IMG/VR virus record: IMGVR_UViG_3300024346_000004
Source of the DNA: a virus
Lineage: Duplodnaviria > Caudoviricetes
Reading direction: 5' to 3' (one strand)
Length of the DNA: 64,000 nt
Each line of letters opens with the position of its first letter. Position 1 is the first letter of the stretch. Position numbers and translations under genes: made by a program. Shown here piece after piece: positions 57,126-64,000 of the stretch. The notes beneath the pieces are model-generated. The model had not been told where the DNA came from. It made no database searches and saw only the letters and a program-made list of their open reading frames with translations.

Positions 57126-57203
57126 GGCAGTTTAGCTTAGTTGTCCTAAAGCACTCGACTCATAATCGAAATATCGTAGGTTAGAATCCTACAACTGCCA
57201 CCA
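57126..57203 (+). tRNA. tRNA with CAT anticodon (Ile2-like or elongator Met), CCA encoded
   Basis: GGCAGTT/AACTGCC-A-CCA; TCGA-CTCATAA-TCGA arm resembles Ile2. Confidence 0.88.
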
Positions 57204-57228
57204 ATTTTTGTTAGAAAGATATAAAAAA

Positions 57229-57432
57229 ATGCCAAACGATACTCTCTCATATCTAGAAAATAAATCAGAACATGATTTACTGGTGATTCTTGAAGGTTTT
57301 AAAATGCTGTTGGCTGATTCAGAATTATTTGATATTTTGGCTGAGAAGTTAGATTATCCTGATGAGATGTTGTTGGAATTACGTGAGGATGTTAATAATT
57401 TTATTTCAGATATTCCTGATTCTGAACTATAA
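57229..57432 (+). CDS. Acidic hypothetical protein
   Basis: Start MPNDTL. Confidence 0.6.
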   Translation: MPNDTLSYLENKSEHDLLVILEGFKMLLADSELFDILAEKLDYPDEMLLELREDVNNFISDIPDSEL

Positions 57433-57556
57433 AAGATTTGTTTCTGGTTGGTGTTTGTTCTAATCTCCTTTCACTCATCCCCATATTAATTACTACAGAG
57501 ATAGTAAATATGGGGATTTTTTTTGACAACTACAATAACATATGATACATTAGATT

Positions 57557-57775
57557 ATGAAACTTGAACAAGTACTACCGATGCTTAGAAATGGTGAAAC
57601 GATTACTAGGACTAGGCTTTGGAACGGTCGTAGCAGAGTAGTTTATTTTGTCAAGATTATGGATGAACAACTAAAATTCAAGTTCATCGCTAGAGACGGA
57701 ACAACTACTTCTTGGCATATGTACAGTATGCGAGAACAAGATATTTTAGCAGAAGACTGGGAGATAGCAGGATGA
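57557..57775 (+). CDS. DUF2829/Tad2-like protein (early-region copy)
   Basis: MKLEQVLPMLRNGETITRTRLWNG..QDILAEDWEI. Confidence 0.82.
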   Translation: MKLEQVLPMLRNGETITRTRLWNGRSRVVYFVKIMDEQLKFKFIARDGTTTSWHMYSMREQDILAEDWEIAG

Positions 57776-58092
57776 CACAAGAGATTATTCAAAGAGCAAT
57801 GCAGGTTTTTCTATACACTGGTGGATTTCTAGCGTTTTGGCAGATTACAAAGAATATGCCAAAAGTACTATTTAACCTATTGGAATTCCTGATTGTTACT
57901 CCATTTTATCTTTTATGGATGTTTCCAATTGCAGGTTTGATAGAATACATCTTGGGTGGAAACTTTGACATGACATTCAATTTTGTCGGATGTCTTTGTG
58001 GAGTTAGTTTATTATCTGCTTTGTGGTTAGTATTTGTAGTTCTCTCCCGTGAATGGCAAGGCAAGAAACAATACAAATATAATCTGTTGTAA
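57772..58092 (+). CDS. Membrane protein
   Basis: About three TM helices; ATGA-coupled, SD formed by the DWE codons. Confidence 0.7.
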   Translation: MTQEIIQRAMQVFLYTGGFLAFWQITKNMPKVLFNLLEFLIVTPFYLLWMFPIAGLIEYILGGNFDMTFNFVGCLCGVSLLSALWLVFVVLSREWQGKKQYKYNLL

Positions 58093-58103
58093 AGGCGATA
58101 GAG

Positions 58104-58451
58104 ATGACAATAAAAGAATTGTGGGAATCGTCACCTATTAAATATAATCCTTGGCGATATGTTTATGAGAGAAATACACCATCTTTTAAAATAGAATGGA
58201 ATGGATTTCTTTTTCATAGTCCAAAAGTTCTAAGACATGAATCAGGTACGTTTATTTTAAAAGTACATTGTAGAGACGGAAGAACAGCATTAGTAAAAAT
58301 ATCTTCTAATCATCCTGTCCTACCATATAGTTTTAATTTCTATGATGAGGAACCAATCATACCTGAATCTGTTTTCCATAGTTTAGGAATATTAAAAAAA
58401 GAAGACGCTCCTAAATTTCAATATCAAGAAAATACTATCTGCGTCTTGTAA
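58104..58451 (+). CDS. Hypothetical protein
   Basis: 115 aa ORF. Confidence 0.65.
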   Translation: MTIKELWESSPIKYNPWRYVYERNTPSFKIEWNGFLFHSPKVLRHESGTFILKVHCRDGRTALVKISSNHPVLPYSFNFYDEEPIIPESVFHSLGILKKEDAPKFQYQENTICVL

Positions 58452-58479
58452 TCCCTGTAGCATATGGTATACTACATAC

Positions 58480-58671
58480 ATGAACAAAGTAGAGATTAGA
58501 TACGTTACCAACTTCCCTAAGATGAAGTTTACTGCACATTATAATGGATTGCTTCTTTCCTCTGGTTCCAATGCTCAAGAACTAGGTGAGATGTATGCTA
58601 AGAAATATAATACAGAATGGGTTCTTTGTGATAATAATAATATTTATTCACAAAGAGGAGTAAATAAATAA
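58480..58671 (+). CDS. Hypothetical protein (leaderless candidate)
   Basis: ATG 6 nt after TATACT. Confidence 0.65.
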   Translation: MNKVEIRYVTNFPKMKFTAHYNGLLLSSGSNAQELGEMYAKKYNTEWVLCDNNNIYSQRGVNK

Positions 58672-59072
58672 TGTCCACTAGAAGCCGAATTGGAATGATG
58701 TTGTCAGATGGTACTATTAAAAGTATTTATTGCCATCATGACGGAGATGTAGAATCTGTTGGTGAAGCACTTTTAAATCATTATAGTGATGAAGATAAAG
58801 TAAAAGAATTATTACTCTTTGGTAATCTTAGTGTATTAGAACAGAATATCTATCCAGAGGGTGAACATTCTTTTGATAACCCAGAACCAGATGTATGTAT
58901 TTTTTATAGCAGAGATAGAGGCGATGTAGATGAAGATGCTAGTATCCGCTCTATAGATGAATATTTAAATAATACAATGATTGAATATTTATATTTATAT
59001 TCTGGTAATGAATGGTCTGTCTACGATTGTTATGAAAAAGACGGTTGGAAAAAAGTAGAAGATTTGTTGTAA
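58671..59072 (+). CDS. Conserved phage early protein
   Basis: MSTRSRIG..SIYCHHDG..G..LL.HY..GNLS.L..Y.RDRG..EY.YLY pattern. Confidence 0.8.
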   Translation: MSTRSRIGMMLSDGTIKSIYCHHDGDVESVGEALLNHYSDEDKVKELLLFGNLSVLEQNIYPEGEHSFDNPEPDVCIFYSRDRGDVDEDASIRSIDEYLNNTMIEYLYLYSGNEWSVYDCYEKDGWKKVEDLL

Positions 59073-59115
59073 ATCTTCTTGCATTCTTCCCAGAGATGGC
59101 GTATTATATTGATGT

Positions 59116-59392
59116 GAGGTTGGAGCCGAGAGTACAACCTCCACCCAGTAAGAGTCCAGAACGGCTAGAATCTATTGCGAGATTCAAATAAGGGTAGCAA
59201 CCTTGGAGTAGTTAAATCTACAATCTCTTACTGATTCCTTGGCAGGGACTGACGCAAACTGTTATGTCAAGGCAAATAATTTGTGGTTGGATACTATGCT
59301 CTCTTAGGAGACACGGGTATCATCGGAGGCAGAGACCATCGAAAGAACTGCCCTAGTGTTCCGTACTGGTTGAAATCCAGCCAACCACAAAT
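59116..59392 (+). ncRNA. Cluster of structured, partly tRNA-like RNAs
   Basis: Promoter at 59079-59107; four closed domains, two with T-arm-like hairpins. Confidence 0.6.
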
Positions 59393-59465
59393 CCAATCTT
59401 TTCCAAAATATTTCTTGCTTCCATTTTAATACGTGATACAATGTTCTGTAAGAGAGGTAATAATC

Positions 59466-59795
59466 ATGTTGTCATTTAGAAAAGATTTCAAAGTATTTGA
59501 AACTACAGAAGAATTTGTCAAAGAAGCAATTTGGACAAAAAATGATTTGCTACTAAGGATTGAACACAACTACGGTCTCATTGATATTAAATTCAATCCT
59601 ATCACTTGCCTTTTAGAAGGTGTTGTTTACGCTGATATTACAGATGCAAAAGAAATGGTATTATCGGTAAAATCTGTAGATATTGCTGATTGTATGTTAT
59701 CTGCTTTACACATCTCATCAGCCCTTCATTCTTTTATTTCTGATGCTTATAAGATGGCTGGATTATTAAACGGTATACTCGTACAACCCAAATAA
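59466..59795 (+). CDS. Hypothetical protein
   Basis: GAGGT SD before MLSFRK. Confidence 0.65.
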   Translation: MLSFRKDFKVFETTEEFVKEAIWTKNDLLLRIEHNYGLIDIKFNPITCLLEGVVYADITDAKEMVLSVKSVDIADCMLSALHISSALHSFISDAYKMAGLLNGILVQPK

Positions 59796-59920
59796 TCCAA
59801 TCAAATCCCCCAAGTTTAGTGGTGTTTTCTTGGGGGATTTTTATTATTGGAGATATAAATATATTTTCTTGACATACAGTTCCACTTACTATATACTATT
59901 GGTGTAAGGGAGATAGGACA

Positions 59921-60211
59921 ATGACAGTAGAATGTTGGAAACTGACAGATATCTTTCATGACTGTGGTATTGATACAAAGTTCGCAGAGTCTTTTGTTAC
60001 TTGGGCTGATTGGGAATTTTGTGAAGGTGAACACGTATTGGTGTATGCACGTACAGTAATTCCACAGTTGATTTCTTATGTAGTGTATAATTTTTCAGAA
60101 ATCGTAGACACTAATGGCGAACAAATTGATGATACCGTAGTTCGCAAAGAAATTGAAAACTATTATGCTCAACATTTGTATGAAGGTTCACTAATCGACA
60201 TTGCAAACTAA
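59921..60211 (+). CDS. Hypothetical protein
   Basis: TTGACA..TATACT promoter, GGGAG SD. Confidence 0.7.
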   Translation: MTVECWKLTDIFHDCGIDTKFAESFVTWADWEFCEGEHVLVYARTVIPQLISYVVYNFSEIVDTNGEQIDDTVVRKEIENYYAQHLYEGSLIDIAN

Positions 60212-60291
60212 AAAGAACCCCAAGTGAAAATCTGGGGATTCCTATTGACAAGATTGTAGCATATGATATACTTAATCCAAGGAGATAGGGT

Positions 60292-60447
60292 ATGAAGAAT
60301 GCATACGGTAAGAAGTGTTGTTACTGTTCTTGCTGGGTAGAGCCAGAAGAGGGACGATGCTGGAGATGGGAAGAAGCGAAGCGTTGGATAGTAGCCTGTG
60401 AAGATTGCTACCAAGAGAAAAAAGAAGAACGCAAGAAACAAAAATAA
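60292..60447 (+). CDS. Small Cys-rich Zn-finger protein (51 aa, below the ORF-track cutoff)
   Basis: MKNAYGKKCCYCSCWVEPEEGRCWRWEEAKRWIVACEDCYQEKKEERKKQK; own promoter and AAGGAG SD. Confidence 0.8.
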   Translation: MKNAYGKKCCYCSCWVEPEEGRCWRWEEAKRWIVACEDCYQEKKEERKKQK

Positions 60448-60515
60448 TATACAGGGGAGACTAATCATCTCCCCTATTTTCTTGACATCATTGTAGCAGG
60501 TGATATACTAAAGAT

Positions 60516-60758
60516 ATGAAAGACTACAACGGCTGGAAGAACCAAGAGACGTGGTGTGTGAGTATGTTTCATATGCTCCACGTTGAAGAAGCGGTGAGAC
60601 GGAATATGGATATTGATGATATTAAATATTATATTATCAGCAAGAACAAAATGGATAAGATGAATATATTTGAAAGAGATATGTTTCAAATCGCTCTCGC
60701 TAATGTTGACTGGGAAACCTTAGCAAATCGAGCAAAGGAAAATATCGAGCAAAAATAA
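60516..60758 (+). CDS. Conserved phage protein (YNGWxNxETW motif)
   Basis: MKDYNGWKNQETW..VDWETLA. Confidence 0.75.
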   Translation: MKDYNGWKNQETWCVSMFHMLHVEEAVRRNMDIDDIKYYIISKNKMDKMNIFERDMFQIALANVDWETLANRAKENIEQK

Positions 60759-60803
60759 TATAGGTTTAGGATATAATAGATTATCTTACTTTGAGAGAAC
60801 TAT

Positions 60804-61661
60804 ATGTCCAAACCTTTATTCATATGGGCTGGCGGTAAAAATAAAATGTTAAAACATTATAAGCCGTGGATGCCTAAAACAGTAGATAAATATTTCGAGC
60901 CTTTCTTCGGTGGTGGCGCAATGTTTATCCACGTATTTAATAATTATAAACCTGATGAAATGGTGATTAATGATATAAATACAGATATAGTTAGAATATA
61001 CAAAACGATTAAATCAGATTGTAATTCTTTTATTAAAATATTAGACAATCTATCCCAACAATATTTACCATTAGATAAAGAAAATCGAAAAGAATTTTAT
61101 TATTCCTTACGACATACACACGCTTATGATTATTTAAAATGGGACGCAACAGAAGAAGCGGCTAATTTATATTTCTTAATGAAGACTGGATTCAACGGTA
61201 TATTCCAAGTTAATATAAATACAAATAATCGTTTCGGAACACCATCAGGATTATTAAACCAAAAAGATAAGGTGTTCGATAAGGATGTTGTTCTCTGGTG
61301 GAATAAAGCACTACAAAATACCACCATTCTTTCTGGAGACTGGAAAGAAACAACATCACTAGTAAAAGATATCCCTGACACATTTGTATTCTTAGACCCA
61401 CCGTATAGAGGCTCGTTTACTTCTTATGGTCAAACATTCAATGACAATGACCAAACAAACTTAGTAGAGTTCGCAAAGAAATTCGAGCATACTAGAGTGT
61501 TCTTATGTAATCGAGATATAGAAGATAATTTTTATGAAAATATCTTAGAGGACTTATTAATAAATAAATATCCTGTTACCTATACAGCAGGAAGAAGAAA
61601 AAAGACAGAAGATGGGTTTGAAGCGAAGAAAGCAACAGAAGTATTGATTAGAAATATGTAG
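60804..61661 (+). CDS. Dam-family (D12 class) N6-adenine DNA methyltransferase
   Basis: KPLFIWAGGK, YFEPFFGGG, INDIN, FNG, FLDPPY. Confidence 0.93.
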   Translation: MSKPLFIWAGGKNKMLKHYKPWMPKTVDKYFEPFFGGGAMFIHVFNNYKPDEMVINDINTDIVRIYKTIKSDCNSFIKILDNLSQQYLPLDKENRKEFYYSLRHTHAYDYLKWDATEEAANLYFLMKTGFNGIFQVNINTNNRFGTPSGLLNQKDKVFDKDVVLWWNKALQNTTILSGDWKETTSLVKDIPDTFVFLDPPYRGSFTSYGQTFNDNDQTNLVEFAKKFEHTRVFLCNRDIEDNFYENILEDLLINKYPVTYTAGRRKKTEDGFEAKKATEVLIRNM

Positions 61662-61690
61662 AATTATATTTACATGAAGGGAGGATTATA

Positions 61691-62332
61691 ATGATATTAC
61701 AAGTTAATCCTACAATCAATGTTTCTTTCAATGTGGCTCCCGGTTTGCTCATTAAACCTGAAGAAGTAATGGAGATTCCTCACACTGTTTATGTTAATAA
61801 CTTTGATGAGGAATCTTCTAAATTATTTTTAGAAGACTTTACTAGAGCAAGCAATTCATTTCAACCAATTATTCCTATTATTATTGATTCTTACGGCGGA
61901 GATGTTTACTCATTATTATCTATGATTGATGTTATAGAAAATTCGAGTAAACCAGTAGCAACCGTATGTGTCGGTAAAGCAATGTCCTGTGGTGCTATTC
62001 TGCTGTCTTGTGGGCATAAAGGACATAGATACATAGGTAATCATGCAACAGTTATGATTCACGATGTATCAGCTTATTCTGACGGTAAATTTGAAGAAGT
62101 AAAATCGAACGCTAGAGAAACTACTAGACTGCAAAAAGAAATGTTTAATATATTAGACAAAAACGCAGACAAGTTTACTGGCTATTTCGATAGATTAGTT
62201 TTTCGAAGAGGCAGAAGTGATTGGTATATGAAAGCAGAAGACGCACTAAAACATGGAATAGCAGACCACATAGGCGTTCCAAAGTTTACCGTAGATATTC
62301 TTACTGTTTGCAAATTCTCCCTTGACAAATAA
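61691..62332 (+). CDS. Divergent ClpP-family protease
   Basis: IDSYGG, GKAMSCG, VMIHD, DWYMKAEDALKHGIAD. Confidence 0.88.
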   Translation: MILQVNPTINVSFNVAPGLLIKPEEVMEIPHTVYVNNFDEESSKLFLEDFTRASNSFQPIIPIIIDSYGGDVYSLLSMIDVIENSSKPVATVCVGKAMSCGAILLSCGHKGHRYIGNHATVMIHDVSAYSDGKFEEVKSNARETTRLQKEMFNILDKNADKFTGYFDRLVFRRGRSDWYMKAEDALKHGIADHIGVPKFTVDILTVCKFSLDK

Positions 62333-62380
62333 AAAATACAAAGATACAATACAACATACCAACCCTTATAAGGAAATCGA

Positions 62381-62584
62381 ATGAAGAGCCAACACTTTTC
62401 ACACATTAAAAAAACAGTGGGAGAAGACGAATATAAGAAATTGAGAACTATTGTTTTGCAGCAACCTCTCAACGTCGCAATCCCAGGAAATAAAATCGCC
62501 ACTCATAGATTACTGCATATTCTTAAAGAACACACAGCATCTAAAATTATCAAATCTTGGAACGTTGATTTTATTGTTATGTAG
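62381..62584 (+). CDS. Hypothetical protein
   Basis: Promoter at 62322; AAGGA SD. Confidence 0.6.
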   Translation: MKSQHFSHIKKTVGEDEYKKLRTIVLQQPLNVAIPGNKIATHRLLHILKEHTASKIIKSWNVDFIVM

Positions 62585-62675
62585 GAATTAAATCCTAACA
62601 TATATAATAAAAATAATAAGCGACGAAGCCTATTAGAATTATCTAGTAGGCTTTTTGTCTTTTAAGGTGAAAACA

Positions 62676-62930
62676 ATGAATAAAAATCTAAAAGCGATTG
62701 ATGTATTACTTGGACTATTTTTCTTGTCTATTGGCTGTTTTTCAGGCTATTCTTTTGCTAATATCGAGCAACCAATTGAAAATAATAAACCATCTGTAGA
62801 AGCAATGGAATGTTATCGAGCAATGCATACATATTATAATAAAGAATATTTTGATAAATCGAGAAATGTTAAGACTCATATTACGAAGAAACAACCTTTA
62901 TTAAGCGACAAATATACTCAACGCAATTGA
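62676..62930 (+). CDS. Membrane-anchored or exported hypothetical protein
   Basis: AAGGTG SD; N-terminal hydrophobic helix. Confidence 0.65.
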   Translation: MNKNLKAIDVLLGLFFLSIGCFSGYSFANIEQPIENNKPSVEAMECYRAMHTYYNKEYFDKSRNVKTHITKKQPLLSDKYTQRN

Positions 62931-63153
62931 CACACACATATATTACAGGTAATATTAAGAGGATACTTGAAAATCTTATCGAGCCTAAGACAGAGTAAAG
63001 TATCATGGGGAAGAGGTAGAGCAATAGTTCCTTCTTCCCCTTTTTTCGAGTATAGATTATTTTCGAGTATTATTTCTCAATGTTTTCGAATATATAGTTT
63101 TCAAAATATGTCTTGACAACAGATTATTTGTGGTATAATATAGACGTAAATAA

Positions 63154-63225
63154 TCCAACTTAGCTCAGAGGTAGAGCAAACGGCTGTTAACCGTTCGGTC
63201 GATGGTTCGATCCCATCAGTTGGAG
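63154..63225 (+). tRNA. tRNA-Asn(GTT)
   Basis: TCCAACT/AGTTGGA acceptor; AACGG-CTGTTAA-CCGTT arm; GGTTCGATCC. Confidence 0.93.
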
Positions 63226-63480
63226 TTTTTCTTTCGGTAGTGTAATCGTAGCACAAAGGTAACAATGGATACCTTTAGATAGAGCCAGAGAATATGCTTG
63301 ATTAGTGCGGAATCTATATCAGGCTAGGGCAGAATGAGGTAGAATTCCTCTTTATCAACAGTGGTATTAATAACCCACTTGCGCTTTATGGTGAACTCAA
63401 GCCATCAAAACAAGATTGAATTGGTTTTGCCTTTTCCCCATAGTAAAATATGGGGATTTATTATTTAAAAAGATAATCCT

Positions 63481-63789
63481 ATGACAGAATTTCAAACTAG
63501 AATAATAAAAGATAAGGTGGAAGAAATAAATAATCTTTACTCACCTATCACTCTGCACTTTGATGCCGCCTGTATTAGAAAAGTGGAACAAGAAGATAAT
63601 TGGTTCGTCACAATAATACATCTCATAACAGAAGAAGATTGGATTCAATTCGCATCTTTAGAATATAATTATCATACTGTTATTGATAAACTAAAAGGCT
63701 GGGCTGATGCTTTAGAGGCAACCAAAGAATATATTAATATACATGGTTCCCTAAAAATAAATCCCAAGTCTGAAAGAAATGTGATATAA
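63481..63789 (+). CDS. Hypothetical protein
   Basis: 102 aa ORF. Confidence 0.65.
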   Translation: MTEFQTRIIKDKVEEINNLYSPITLHFDAACIRKVEQEDNWFVTIIHLITEEDWIQFASLEYNYHTVIDKLKGWADALEATKEYINIHGSLKINPKSERNVI

Positions 63790-63796
63790 TAATAAT

Positions 63797-63928
63797 ATGA
63801 ACAACCTTTACATTTATATTATCGGCGGAGTTTTATTTATGATGTATATTCCAGTCTTTTATGAAATTTATATGTTGCGAAAAATAATCAAATCAATCGC
63901 AAAAAAGACGGAAAAACTCGTAGACTAG
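63797..63928 (+). CDS. Small membrane protein (43 aa)
   Basis: MNNLYIYIIGGVLFMMYIPVFYEIYMLRKIIKSIAKKTEKLVD; ATG 6 nt after TATAAT. Confidence 0.55.
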   Translation: MNNLYIYIIGGVLFMMYIPVFYEIYMLRKIIKSIAKKTEKLVD

Positions 63929-63967
63929 TGGTATAATAGATTTGTAAGTTTGAAGAGACTTACATAC

Positions 63968-64000
63968 GCACCAGTAACTCAGTGGATTAGAGTAACAAGC
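63968..64000 (+). tRNA. 5' part of a tRNA truncated by the window edge (identity not visible)
   Basis: GCACCAG-TA-ACTCAGTGGATTAGAGT D-arm. Confidence 0.7.

Noticed and set aside
59279-59392. tmRNA or tRNA-Sec
   Set aside because: Too short for tmRNA with no tag ORF, and no UCA anticodon arm; kept only as a tRNA-like ncRNA.
1089-62502. Many short antisense or nested ORFs in the ORF track (e.g. 1089, 2213, 2609, 21044, 35152, 43853, 46418, 50020, 53622, 61130, 62182)
   Set aside because: They lie inside well-supported genes on another frame or strand and lack signals or motifs.
43100-63200. CRISPR array or integron attC cassettes suggested by recurring intergenic motifs
   Set aside because: The repeats are degenerate promoters separated by whole genes; no constant spacer length and no cas or integrase gene seen.
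1-64000. Stop-codon reassignment, as in some large phages
   Set aside because: Recognisable genes are full length in code 11 and end at TAA, TAG and TGA alike; no suppressor tRNA seen.
1-64000. Bacterial chromosome origin for the window (nusG, clpP, guaC, tRNAs)
   Set aside because: These genes lack their bacterial context (secE/rplK, tig/clpX) and sit among rIIA/rIIB, HNH and dense small phage-type ORFs.

Overview
AT-rich (roughly 30% GC by eye), gene-dense segment of a large tailed dsDNA phage (jumbo-type), standard genetic code. No capsid, terminase or polymerase genes fall in this window. Left arm (1-37 kb): mostly minus-strand host-like and accessory genes (NusG, GT2/GT9 glycosyltransferases, a putative Type II R-M pair, Fic, FeoA, GMP reductase, ClpP, Hsp20). 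It also holds a tandem array of DUF2829/Tad2-like genes and, mostly on the plus strand, genes sharing N-terminal leader peptides and an AAAGG-N17-20-(T/C)A(A/G/T)A promoter. A 1.5 kb non-coding strand-skew switch at 37.1-38.6 kb (origin or genome-end junction) is followed by a dense, strand-polarised cluster of TTCGAG. Right arm (43-64 kb): an early/host-takeover-like array of sigma70 promoter-gene-terminator cassettes with a conserved spacer motif, many apparently leaderless genes, rIIA/rIIB, UvdE, a Dam-family MTase, a second ClpP, tRNAs and several structured ncRNAs; this arm is almost free of GATC and AGCT. Best candidates for undescribed biology: (1) the expanded, actively recombining Tad2-like sponge array; (2) a leader-peptide plus dedicated-promoter system that may target enzymes into the virion; (3) the TTCGAG-rich and GATC-free architecture around the skew switch. 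All family calls are by motif recognition and all counts are by eye; no database searches were run.
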